Shown here in pieces: positions 25,639 to 38,564 of a stretch of 64,000 nt of DNA. The notes beneath the pieces were generated by a model, which ran no database searches, had not been told where the DNA came from, and saw only the letters and a list, made by a program, of their open reading frames with translations. Every line of letters starts with the position of its first letter. The stretch's first letter is position 1. The DNA is from Octopus vulgaris (lineage: Eukaryota), in contig OX597827.1 in assembly GCA_951406725.2 (NCBI GenBank), positions 3,906,001 through 3,970,000 on the forward strand, in the 5' to 3' direction. Position numbers and translations under genes: made by a program.

Positions 25639-27115
25639 TGATAAAACGGTAAGATAACAAAAGAAAGAAAGAGACCTCAATATTATGTAAATAGAGGAAA
25701 TTTATCTATACAATATGTTACATTACTCGGTAGTCAAGATAAAACTCTGAGTTTCAGATGCCGAAGTGGAAATCCACAACACCATCTCTTCGGTTATCTG
25801 GCTATTTGAAAACGTTATGAAAAAATACCGTTAAAAATGAAGGGAAATTACTCTGTTATAACTCTGCTTTGCCTGCGTACTTATACATCGCTCGCATTTT
25901 TCGTCATAAAAATTATATAAAAATACATAAAAAATATATAAAAATATATAAAAATATATAAAATCTTCTTGGGACATAACACAGAAAGCATGTTCTATCC
26001 GTTTTCTTTAGGGGACCAAAAACGTAACAGAAATTTAGTCACATGTGGGCATGATCCGAAAAGTTCTGTCCTTGTATTTAGACATGTGGTAGGGTCTAAG
26101 CTGCTTTTCCAGATAAGCCATCTCTCCATGTCGCATAAACCGCACCTTCCGCTGCCGTTAGTATAGGGCTTACATCTGGCCAAAATCTTCCATTGTATGT
26201 TATAATCGACACCTTTATCTCTTAAAGACCAAATATGATTGGATAATTGTGTCGCTTTTCTTTGTTCCAGTGCCTAAAGCTCAAAGTGTGGTTATTGAAC
26301 CTGGTCTTGAAATTACCTCTGTCAGGCCCACGTATTTCTTCGTCAAAACGGTGTCTTTAGTGGTTATAGAGTTTACGGTAGCCTCATATATGATGGTCTT
26401 GGACATGCAAGCTCCATTTAGCGGGCACAATTCTTTATTCCTGCATGAACAGCTGTTTTCTTCTTGTGTTTTTTGTATGTTATGATTGATTATGTTTTTA
26501 AAATTGGTAGTTGAACTAAAACTAATTTTTAAATTGTGTCTATTGAAGAGTTTCCTATAAGCATGGTTAACTGGAAAATGTCTATCTATCAGTGCTAGGA
26601 AATATTTACCTATATTGAAGGCCACCTCGGGTGAGTAAGGGGGCGTAAACCAGATGACCTTCCTATTTCTATTATTCCTTTTCCTTATTGTTGGGCTGGT
26701 GATAGGTGTATATTTTATTTTTTCGCTAAAACCACTATCTTTTAAAGCTTTATTATAAACTGGGGCAACGCTATTGAAGATGTCCTCATTAGATGAGAGG
26801 CTAGAAATCCTCTTACTAATATTTTTAACTAAATTTTTGAATACTATAGGGGATGGCATGAACCTACATTAATATAACTTAGTCTATCATTGGGCTTCCT
26901 ATAAGGCTTATAAATATTATTATTAAGATCTAAGGAAACGTCTAAGAAATTGACAACCGTCAGGTTAGTGTCTATAGTTATACTAAGTCCGAAGTGTTTC
27001 ATTAACTGGATAATATCCTTCCTAAAACGATCTTGTGCTGGTCCATTTGTATTAGCTGTTAAGGCGAGGGCATCATCTTTGTAGATGGCGAAATGTACGT
27101 TAGGGAATGTCTTAC
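25639..27115 (-). mobile_element. Penelope-like retroelement, left arm (5'-truncated RT, GIY-YIG endonuclease, 3' end)
   Basis: YKDD, NFLDV, YRKP, SCHP, IWFTPPY, CSC..CPL..C linker, IIY..YVG..R..H, C-terminal CxLC..E..LN; ORFs 26844-27125, 26281-26859, 25995-26183. Confidence 0.95.
25731..25804 (-). ncRNA. Type I hammerhead ribozyme motif in PLE 3' end (left arm)
   Basis: Reverse complement of 28434-28507. Confidence 0.65.
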
Positions 27116-27116
27116 A

Positions 27117-28535
27117 GTAAGACATTCCCTAACGTACATTTTCGCCATCTACAAAGATGATGCCCTCGCCTTAACAGCTAATACAAATGGACCAGCACAA
27201 GATCGTTTTAGGAAGGATATTATCCAGTTAATGAAACACTTCGGACTTAGTATAACTATAGACACTAACCTGACGGTTGTCAATTTCTTAGACGTTTCCT
27301 TAGATCTTAATAATAATATTTATAAGCCTTATAGGAAGCCCAATGATAGACTAAGTTATATTAATGTAGGTTCATGCCATCCCCCTATAGTATTCAAAAA
27401 TTTAGTTAAAAATATTAGTAAGAGGATTTCTAGCCTCTCATCTAATGAGGACATCTTCAATAGCGTTGCCCCAGTTTATAATAAAGCTTTAAAAGATAGT
27501 GGTTTTAGCGAAAAATAAAATATACACCTATCACCAGCCCAACAATAAGGAAAAGGAATAATAGAAATAGGAAGGTCATCTGGTTTACGCCCCTTACTCA
27601 CCCGAGGTGGCCTTCAATATAGGTAAATATTTCCTAGCACTGATAGATAGACATTTTCCAGTTAACCATGCTTATAGGAAACTCTTCAATAGACACAATT
27701 TAAAAATTAGTTTTAGTTCAACTACCAATTTTAAAAACATAATCAATCATAACATACAAAAAACACAAGAAGAAAACAGCTGTTCATGCAGGAATAAAGA
27801 ATTGTGCCCGCTAAATGGAGCTTGCATGTCCAAGACCATCATATATGAGGCTACCGTAAACTCTATAACCACTAAAGACACCGTTTTGACGAAGAAATAC
27901 GTGGGCCTGACAGAGGGTAATTTCAAGACCAGGTTCAATAACCACACTTTGAGCTTTAGGCACTGGAACAAAAGAAAAGCGACACAATTATCCAATCATA
28001 TTTGGTCTTTAAGAGATAAAGGTGTCGATTATAACATACAATGGAAGATTTTGGCCAGATGTAAGCCCTATACTAACGGCAGCGGAAGGTGCGGTTTATG
28101 CGACATGGAGAGATGGCTTATCTGGAAAAGCAGCTTAGACCCTACCACATGTCTAAATACAAGGACAGAACTTTTCGGATCATGCCCACATGTGACTAAA
28201 TTTCTGTTACGTTTTTGGTCCCCTAAAGAAAACGGATAGAACATGCTTTCTGTGTTATGTCCCAAGAAGATTTTATATATTTTTATATATTTTTATATAT
28301 TTTTTTTTTATGTATTTTTATATAATTTTTATGACGAAAAATGCGAGCGATGTATAAGTACGCAGGCAAAGCAGAGTTATAACAGAGTAATTTCCCTTCA
28401 TTTTTAACGGTATTTTTTCATAACGTTTTCAAATAGCCAGATAACCGAAGAGATGGTGTTGTGGATTTCCACTTCGGCATCTGAAACTCAGAGTTTTATC
28501 TTGACTACCGAGTAATGTAACATATTGTATAGATA
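27117..28535 (+). mobile_element. Penelope-like retroelement, right arm (inverted copy of 25703-27115)
   Basis: ORFs 27093-27518 and 27607-28239 encode the same protein; centre GAATGTCTTAC-A-GTAAGACATTC at 27116. Confidence 0.95.
28434..28507 (+). ncRNA. Type I hammerhead ribozyme motif in PLE 3' end (right arm), U4C core variant
   Basis: AGATAA-CCGAAGA-GATG..GTGG ATTT CCAC..CATC-T-GAAA-CTC A GAG-TT-TTATCT: stem I in exact register, near-palindromic stem III, GUU triplet. Confidence 0.65.
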
Positions 28536-28582
28536 TATATATATATATATATATATATGTACGTATTTATCTTATATATATT

Positions 28583-28622
<40 letters not shown>

Positions 28623-29675
28623 TATATATATCTTTTATACATTTGTGTATGTATGTTTCTGTGTGTTTGTGTCTATATCTGAGTCTGTTTTAAAATATAT
28701 GTATTTACATATAAATGTGTGTGTGTGTGTGTGTGTGTGCATGTGTGTGAATGTATATATATATATATACATATATACACACACACTCATATATACATAT
28801 AAGTGCAAAATGAATAGGAATTTAAGCAAAGTCAATGCATCAATGCTATGTTTACACAAAACTATTGGACATTTGAATAAATTATTCAAATAAGAAATAA
28901 ACTAAATAAACAAAAACAATTATTTCTTTACTGTTATTGTTATTATTATTGTCAGTTAAACTATAAAACATCTTTTACCCTTGCTCTGTACTTTTTTAAT
29001 TTTTTTAGTTTTTTTCTGTCAAATTTATTCTTTCACATTTTCGAAAGTGAAAAAAAAAAATTCACCAGATATTTTATAAATGGTAGAATAAACCTAAATG
29101 AAAATTATGTTTTCATTTCACTTGGGAATTTTCGGTTAAAGCTTTGTTTTTATTAATTCAATAGTTCTTGAGTTTTATACTTCATTTGTAGCCATCAGGT
29201 TTCAAACCACATTGGAGCACTGTCTTGTTAAATGATGTTTGTGTTTTACAACACTTTTTTTTTCTATGTGTTTGGTTATTTTTCTTCTGTCCTTTTATAA
29301 TTTGATTAATAATGTAAGGTGTGCAGACATGGCCATGTAGTTAAGACTTATGGTTAGCAACTGTTTAGTTCTGAGAACGAACCTATTTCGTTGAATCATA
29401 GCTTTGATTTGACTAAAGCTTTGTGAGTGAAATTCTGTTGTTAGAAAAGTGCAGAAGCCTGCTAGATTTATATATGTTTGTCTGTATGTGTGTATGTTTG
29501 TATGTATGTATCTGTCTGTCTGTCTATTTGTGTGTGTGTTGTATTTTATTGAAGTTGGAAAGACTTAACCGTTTGTGAAATATTTTCACCTTCAATAATA
29601 TACCATTTTATTTAAGCTTTGGGACTTGAGTACTATTTTTCACACTTTGTTTTGAACTTATGTACTCACACATAG

Positions 29676-30002
29676 TAGGAGCACTCCGTTGGTTACAACG
29701 ACGAGGGTCCCAGCTGATACGATCAACGGAACAGCTTGCTTGTGGAATTAACGTGCAAGTGACTGAGCAATCCACAGACATGTGTACCCCTAATGTAGTT
29801 CTCAGGGATATTCAGCGTGACACAAAGTGTGACAAGGATGGTCCTTTGCAAAACAGGTACAACTCATTTTTGCCACCTGAGTGGACTGGAGCAACGTGAA
29901 ATAAAGTGTCTTGCTCAAGGACACAACGCATTGCCGGGAATCGAACTCAAAACCTTACAATCGTCAGCCGAATGCCCTAACCACTAAGCCATGTGCCTTC
30001 AC
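29676..30002 (-). mobile_element. tRNA-derived SINE
   Basis: Minus-strand TGGCTTAGTGG (A box), AGTTCGATTCC (B box); core shared with 756-1026; body shared with 45388-45705. Confidence 0.85.
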
Positions 30003-30085
30003 TACTCACACATTTTGTCTATATATATGCAGTAATACTCCATTTTATGAGGACCCACAGTACAAGACTCCGGTTTTACGAATTC

Positions 30086-30423
30086 GTCATCATCATTCAA
30101 CATCCGCTTTCCATGCTAGCATGGGTTGGATGATTTGACTGAGGACTGGCGAACCAGATGGCTGCACCAGGCTCCAATCTTGATCTGGCAGAGTTTCTAC
30201 AGCTTGATGCCCTTCCTAATGCCAACCACTCTGAGAGTGTAGTGGGTGCTCTTACGTGCCACTGGCTCGAGGGCCAGTCTGGTGGTACTGGCAACAGCCA
30301 CGCTTGAAATGGTGTTTTTTAAATGCCACCTGCACAGGAGTCAGTCCAGCAGCACTGGCAACGACCTCACTCGAATGTTTTGTTCACGTGCCGCCGGCAC
30401 AAGTGCCAGTAAGGCGACACTGG
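30086..30423 (-). mobile_element. RTE-type 3' end with internal tandem subrepeats
   Basis: Reverse complement of 9770-9972. Confidence 0.8.
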
Positions 30424-30669
30424 TTATATTTTATAATAAATATAAAAAAGGTTAAAGGTCATTTTGTGTGTGGCAACGTCACATGTGGCAACATTGGTTC
30501 TCATGCATCTACACAGCTGCATATAGAAACAGAGTAAAATGATGGCATGAAATTTCATTGCTACTTTGGGAAATTATTGCTCTGTTTTCCAAGTTTTCAC
30601 TCTAAGAGCAGTCTCCAGGAACAAATTAACTCGTATATCGAGGCATTCTGTACATATATGTATTCATTC

Positions 30670-30838
30670 GGACACAGGCATGGCTGTGGTGGTCAGAAGT
30701 TTGCTTTCCAAGTACACGATTTCAAGTTCAGTCCCACTGCATGGTACCTTGGTGGGTGAGTGTCTTCTACTATAGCCCTGGGCCAACCAAAGCCTAGTGA
30801 GTGGATTTGGTTGCTAGAAACTGAAAGAAGCCCTTTGT

Positions 30839-30931
<93 letters not shown>

Positions 30932-31050
30932 TGGGTATCTTTGTACTCGTGTCTGTCTCCCCATTGTTTGACAACCAGTTTTGGTTTGTTTACATCCCAT
31001 AACTAAAAGGTTCAGCAAAACATACTGATAGAGAAAGTGCCAGACCTTAA
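30670..31050 (+). mobile_element. Older copy of abundant tRNA SINE
   Basis: Similar to 20811-21226. Confidence 0.75.
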
Positions 31051-31449
31051 AACCCTATCAAAGCCAGAAGGTTCAACTAAAGCCCTCCAACCCACCAACC
31101 TACACTGGTACTTTAGTTATTAAACTCTGTAAGATGCATGGCAAAGTTGGCTTTGCCAGGATTTGAACTCTTCCCATCCACCATGTGTGTGTGTGTGAGT
31201 GTGTGTGTTTGAGTGTGTGTGTGTGTGTGTGTGCATAAATGTGAGTATGGGTCTGTTGTGAATGTAACACCACCAACATAATTGTGAAATATAGCCTAAA
31301 CATGGAACCAGCATATATCCAAAGACAGCTTAGAACTAAAGCTAGCTTATATAAATCAATTCCAAGATAGTTAACCATGTAGAAAAGGTTCATCTTTTAT
31401 TCTTGATATATACATACATGCATAGATACATACGTATATACATGCATAC

Positions 31450-31502
<53 letters not shown>

Positions 31503-31796
31503 TGGCATTCTTGGTTTTAGATGTAATTTTTGAAGCGTGGAAACTTGACTTTTGCATTGTAAGCTGTGGTACATTGATTGGTATTTATGAATGATACTTT
31601 CTGTTTTAATGTGTGTGTATGTGTGTGTGTTTATGTGTTTGTGTGTGTGTGTCTGTGTGTGTCTGTGTGTGTTTGTGTGTGTATGTATGTGTGTGTGTAT
31701 ATACTGAAGTAGGTTCAGAAGTTGATAGAGGGATATTTTCCTAGGTAGACAAATAAGTAGCTACAAAGATACTAACTATATATATATGTATAAGTA

Positions 31797-31872
<76 letters not shown>

Positions 31873-31982
31873 TACTTATACATATATACATATAGAGACA
31901 TATATACTTATACATATATATATATATAGACATATATACTTATATATATATATATATGTATGTCTATATATATATATATATA

Positions 31983-32170
31983 TGCAGGGTGCAATGTGTA
32001 AATTGTCACCATTACAGGTTTTTAATTTCATGCATGTGCATTGTTTGTTTTTGATTTTGTCAACTACACAGTATAGAAGGCTCAGTTGGGCACTGTCTGT
32101 GAGAAAACCAGTACCATGATGCAATTTATTTTGCTCAAAATTTGGAAACAATATGCTGTACCACTTGCAT
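31983..32170 (+). mobile_element. Terminal fragment of the Tc1/mariner family seen at 8890-9749
   Basis: CAGGGTGCAATGTGTAAATTGTCACCATT..TTTAATTTCATGCATGTGCATTGTTTGTTT matches reverse complement of 9570-9748. Confidence 0.75.
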
Positions 32171-32242
32171 AATTATGTAGACATTTAATATTCCTTGTGT
32201 TTTCGCTACATATTACAGCTACATAATTAAGCATTCCTTAGC

Positions 32243-32313
32243 AATCCTATTGATGAGCTACAGATACAAATTTATTTAATTGGTCATTAATAGCGAAACT
32301 CGAGTATAGGATT
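32243..32313 (+). ncRNA. Type I hammerhead ribozyme motif with palindromic stem III (C3U variant)
   Basis: AATCCTA-TTGATGA-GCTA (30-nt loop) TAGC-GAAA-CTCGAG-TA-TAGGATT: perfect 7-bp stem I, 4-bp stem II, ACTCGAGT palindrome, GUA triplet. Confidence 0.75.
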
Positions 32314-32795
32314 ATCTAATTTCTTATTCACTCTAGTGCCTATTAGCAGCATGCCTTAAGAATTCCTTTTTTCATGGTTTGGGTTTAACTGCCCTTTTTA
32401 GCATGTAAGAAAGACTGTCAAGGGTCTTCTCTCTGTGTATAAATCTTTATACACTCTTATATATAAATATATATATATATATATATGTATGCATATATAC
32501 ACATATACACACATATAATTATATATATACATACAGCGGTGGTGCCCCAGCATGGCTGTGGCCTTTGGGCTAAAACATTTTTAAGGATTTAAGGATTTAT
32601 ACATATATATGTACTATATAAATATTATACATGTATATATATGCATACATGCATGCATACAGACACACAGACACATATATGCAGAGGGGAAGAAAGAAGG
32701 ATGGATATAGATTAAAAGAGATCTAGTGAGTGCACAAAAGATATATAAATAGTAAATTGCTCTTGTTTAGTGTTAATAATAAATATTTCATCAAT

Positions 32796-32978
32796 AACCT
32801 GAACCACCTAGTAATTATGGTGTATGTGGTTGTGTATTCCACACACATACACATTTCAATCCTTAATGGAATCCTCAGGGATAATCATCAAGACTCAGAG
32901 TGGCGTAGTTTTGCAGACATAGTTCACCTGATAAGTTTCACATTTAATATCTGTTCAGTTTTACTTATATAAGGTTTT
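32796..32978 (+). repeat. Second copy of the 183-bp segment at 21475-21657
   Basis: Direct alignment by eye. Confidence 0.9.
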
Positions 32979-33559
32979 GATTAAGCTGAATCCAAAATAC
33001 CACGAGACAAGACTGAACATGTGACCTTGTGATTATGAAGAAAACTTCTAAGCAACCTGATCATACCTTCTTTTCTCTTTTCTTTTTTACTCGTTTCAGT
33101 CATTGTACTGTGACCACTTGGAAGGGTTTTAGAGGAACAAATGGAAGTTGGTGTTTAATTTTCAAGTTTGCTTCGTATTGTATTGGTCTGTTATTGTCAA
33201 ACAACTGAGTTACAGGAATGTTAACAAACCAACACTAGTTGCCCAGCAGCTGGCAGGGAACACAGAGTCAAAAACACATGCATGCATGCATGCGTGCACA
33301 CACACACACTCACACACACACAAAGAGAAATAAAGAAAAAAAGGCGTTCAAAAGACATGCAAACAGTCAAACTGACAAGCCAGCCAACCAGCCAGCTAGG
33401 CAGATATCAAACCTATAGCCAAGGGGTTCTGAAATGGGTCCTAATGGCCCTAGGGTGTCTATATAAGTTTTGTTGTTAAAATTTATGTGCAATAAATTAG
33501 TTATACTTCCTGATATGTAATTATAAAAATACAGTAGAATTTATATATATATATATATA

Positions 33560-33955
33560 AGCCAGCCCTAAACTCAACTCGTCCTGTCGAAAGACCCTTG
33601 TCCTACGTCCTGGTTTTGTTTTGTTTTTTATTTTTACCGTTATTGTTTTTACGTTTTTGTATTCTTATTGGTGTCACGTATTCTGTATTTTTGTTCGTGT
33701 ACTTCGTTCGTTTTCCGTCCTCGTGTTGTATACATTCAAAGCTTTCTTCCAGGGGATCTAATGCGCTTGGCTTAGATTTCCCTTGGCGGGCTGCCCAAAT
33801 CGGAGCAATCTCAAGATTAATCAGCCGAAATTGCTAAGATGATCTGGTTCTTGACTGATGACTGAGGGCTTCGAATGTCCCGTCCTGTGGTTCTTGTGTC
33901 GTCTCTGTGGTGTTTCATGTTCTTGTCCATGTCTGTAATTATTTTTACTGTTTAC
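33560..33955 (+). mobile_element. Unclassified CpG-rich interspersed repeat inserted in (TA)n; related fragment at ~53915-54060
   Basis: GATTAATCAGCYGAAATTGCTAAGATGATCYGGTTC..GACTGANGA..GAATG.CCCGTC shared by both. Confidence 0.6.
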
Positions 33956-34094
33956 CTATATATATATATATATATACATCGAATGGCTATGGTGGTCCAG
34001 TAGAATAAATGAATCCTTGGAAAAAAAATGGCTGAGAACCACTGACATAAATAAGCAGACAAATGGATTAATAGATAGATAGATAGATATATAA

Positions 34095-34560
34095 GTTTCT
34101 TTATTGGCCACACAGGGCTGCACACAAATGGGAGAAGTTACAAGGTAGAGCTTTTCTTTGGGGGGATGAAAAAAACAACAACAAAAAACAAAAAAACAAA
34201 AGAATAAAAAAAAGGGTGGCGTAGGTTTTCGATCAAAAGGGATCGTAAAAGGGAAAATAGAACAAAAAAAAAGGAAAAGAAAAAAAGAAAAAAGGGAAAA
34301 GGAACAAAGGAAAAGAAAAATGAAAAAAGAAGAAAAAGGAGGAAAAAAAGGGGAAGAGGAAAAGAAAACGATCAATAGGGATCGTGTATTACAGTGTCAT
34401 GATGTATGGTATAAAGGGGAAAGCAAGTAAGGTTTATCCGTGGGAAGAAAAGCCTACGAAAAAGACCACGGTAACCTTGGTCAATATTGTTATATGTTAC
34501 CACATTTGTTTGCAAGTGGGTAACCCTCTGTTTTCAATTTCTGGGTTCATAGGATTATGC
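34095..34560 (-). mobile_element. Probable non-LTR retrotransposon 3' UTR
   Basis: Minus strand is pyrimidine-rich, ends in AATAAAGAAAC and abuts (GATA)n; family assignment is inference only. Confidence 0.35.
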
Positions 34561-34580
34561 TCAAGGTGGCTTCATCATTC

Positions 34581-34678
<98 letters not shown>

Positions 34679-34903
34679 TAGAAATTAATGTCATAAAATC
34701 TTTAAATTGAATTAAAAGTAGTAGGTAAATCTCAATACAAGAATAGGGACAGAATATTTTATTAGACAGAAAAGAGGGTGACATAGGACTAAATTTTGGC
34801 AATGGCTTGTCAGACAAGCAGCTAGGCAGGTAAATGGATAGACTTGCAGGTACAAAGATAGAAATCTGTGTGTGTGTGTTGATAGATAGACAGACAGACA
34901 GTC

Positions 34904-34975
<72 letters not shown>

Positions 34976-35166
34976 TGATCGTTTTGAAAGACAGTTATTA
35001 GATAGATGGAGAAATAGAGAAATAGAAACAGATATATTCTTCACAAAGAAACTAAAAGAAAGAAAGATAGAAAAAGAAAGAAAGATAGATTGATGAATAG
35101 AAACTAATATATGATTAAGACAAACTGATATGTGTGTGTGTGCCTGTGTCTGTAGCTAGCTAAATG

Positions 35167-35208
<42 letters not shown>

Positions 35209-35316
35209 CAAATAGAAATACAAAAACAGATATATTATTAAACAGATAGATTGATAGAATGAAAGAAAATAAGAAAGAAAGACAGAGAGACAGATAGGTA
35301 GATAGATAGAGTGAGT

Positions 35317-35357
<41 letters not shown>

Positions 35358-35361
35358 ATAA

Positions 35362-35394
<33 letters not shown>

Positions 35395-35400
35395 CAGACA
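34581..35400. repeat. Cluster of (GATA)n/(GACA)n tracts
   Basis: Direct reading. Confidence 0.9.
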
Positions 35401-36146
35401 GATGAGCAGAGGATGCATATATGATTTAAATAGATATATTATACAGCCAGAACTTCTGAAGGCAGCAACATTTCAACGATTATAAAATTAATGGAAAACA
35501 ATTCTCCTTCTTCCCTCCCCCTAATTTTTTTTTATTTAATAACCATTTTGATTATGCCATGACCTGATTGGTAAGTCATTCGACACAGATCTAAATTGAT
35601 GCTGAAGACTTTTTGATCTACAACCTTCGTTCAGTTGGCTTTAATTGTAAGGTCTTCTGCCATACAGATTTTTCCATTAAAATACGCAGCCTGAGATAAT
35701 CATAACTGTAGAGGTCAAAGGATTAGAGAAGGCCATTGATCTACAGCTCTTTGCTCAATCTAACGTGGAATGTGTTCAATTAAAAATCATTGAATGTTTC
35801 TCTTCATGCAGGGAATCTTCAGTCCGTTACTCAAGTACATTGCTGGGAAGCAGTGTTGTCTTTCAATCTTTCATGCAGAGATTTGGCTATGATGTGCACT
35901 ACTCTGTGAACATCAATGCACAAAGCTATTTGCTTCATAGACCGAATGCAAAAATTATGGATACACATAGAAGCTAACGCATATACTAACTGATTCATTC
36001 ACTTACAAACACAAACACACGCATGCACATTACATATACACACAGATATGTGGCTACACACTTCAATATCTATACATGAAATACATATATACATATATTT
36101 AATTACATATATGTGTAAGAATAAATGTGTATATCTTATGCATATA

Positions 36147-36222
<76 letters not shown>

Positions 36223-36236
36223 TATATGCACAAGAT

Positions 36237-36275
<39 letters not shown>

Positions 36276-36700
36276 CACGCACACACACACATATATATAT
36301 ATATATGTATGTATTTATACACACATATTTATATACATACATATACATATATGTGAATGTGTGTGTGTGCGCATTACACACAGAGACACACACACATATA
36401 TATTGATATATTTGTACAAGAACCATGCCTCATATACATATGTGTATGTGTAAGCATGTATAATCCAGTTCTCTTATGTATACATATGTGAAAATACTTA
36501 CACACACACACAAAGATGGAGAGTAAGAAAAAAGGGCAAGGGTGAAAGGCAAAAAAGGAAATATAAAGATCGGGAAGAAAGGAATGAGGGAGAGTGAGAG
36601 AGAGAGAGAGAGAGAAGGGGAGGGAGATAAGGAGATACACATCTACATATAAAATCTACTTCTGCTCACTTGATAAAAATGCAAAAATGCATACTAACAT

Positions 36701-36772
<72 letters not shown>

Positions 36773-37263
36773 ATGTATATATATATATATATACACACAC
36801 AACATATATATATATATATATATACATACACACATTATATATACATACATATATATATAAATATATGTGTGTGTATGTGTATATATATATATTATATATT
36901 TATATACTTTATATATGTGTGTGTGTGTGTGTATACATACACATATATATATATATGTGTATATACATATATATATATATATGTGTATATATATATACAT
37001 ACACACATATATATGTGTATATATATATATATATATGCCTATTTGTGTATAAATATGTCTGTGTATATGTGTGTATACATGCATATGTGTGCTTTATGCA
37101 AGTGTTTGTGTATGATGTGTAAGATGAATTCCATTTCTCCTTGTAATATATGTATTCCAAATTTAGCTCTGGATAAACTCATAGAGATATTTTACTGCAT
37201 ACAAATCTATCTTCTCGACTTGAGTTATCCACTCTTATTTGTTTTTGTTTAACATTTTTATTC

Positions 37264-37324
<61 letters not shown>

Positions 37325-38527
37325 TTCGTTATTTATTTATTTATTTATTTATTATTTTTTTTAATGGTTACCTGACTACCATGTGAACCAGAGATGAACA
37401 ATAAGAGAATAATAAGATTGTTGTACTCTAGAAGGAAAATATTCAAAAACATTGTAATTTATAGCAATAGTACACATAGACGCATACACTTATACTCCTA
37501 TGTATGTATATATATACACACACACACACATACATAGGGCAGTGGGTTGGCATAATAATCAGAGCTTTTGTGAAAATGCCTTGCAGTATTTCTTCCAGTT
37601 CTTTAGGCTCTGAATTCAAATTCAGTGAAGCTTGACTTTGTCTTTTGTCGATCTGGGGTTGATAAAATAAAGTAGCATTTAAGTACTAGGGGGGTCAATA
37701 TAATCAACTCTTCCCCTCTGCCATATTCAGCCCCTCCTTGGCTGAATGTGGCAATCTCTCACTTCATCCCCCTACTAAATTATAATAATAATAATAATAA
37801 TAATCTTTTCTACTAAAGGCACAAGGCCTGAAATTTGTGGTGGGGGAGCAGTCGGTTACATCAACCCTGAAAGGATGAAAGACAAAGTTAAATTTGAACT
37901 CAGAATGCAGTGACAAGCAAAATACCGATGAACATTTTGCCCAACATGCGAATGATTCTGCCTGCTCACAACCTTATAATAATAACAATAACAGTGATAA
38001 TAATAATGGTTTCAAATTTTGGTGCAAGACCAGCAATTTGTGGTGGGTAGGGCTTGAGTTGATTACATTGGCCCCAGTGCTCAGCAGGTACTCATTTTAT
38101 TAACCCTGAAAGGATGAAAAACAAAGTCAACCTTGGAATAATAAAAATAATAATATGATGTACACATGTGTACACATGTATACACATCACAATACACAAA
38201 CAAAAACCTGTATATATATATATATATAGTAATGATATATATAGTAATGTCTTCTTGAGCTAGTTTTCTACCACATCTCTTAAAAATCATGGTACAGGCC
38301 TTGGTCTCGGGACCACTCATGTCTAGAAACTGAGGTTGTGGCTAAGCAAGAGCATGCTCCTTGTAGAGATTCCAACCCCGAAAAAGCCTCATGGTAGCAA
38401 AGGAGAATGGGCACCTGCCAGCCCAAAGTTTGGGGAAGGTTGCACCTGCCTGCTTCAGTTGCTATGGCATTGAGGTAGATCCGGTTAACAGGAACAAAAC
38501 CCAGATTTAATACACTGGATTATGGTG

Positions 38528-38564
<37 letters not shown>

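Noticed and set aside
25639-28535. Palindrome as a pure fold-back read artefact
   Set aside because: Outer flanks differ, arms have unequal ends and stop at the element boundary in (TA)n, as expected for PLE insertions; read-level confirmation is still needed
33820-33885. CCGAAA and CTGATGA motifs as a hammerhead
   Set aside because: Could not build stems I and III in register in either this copy or the one near 53930
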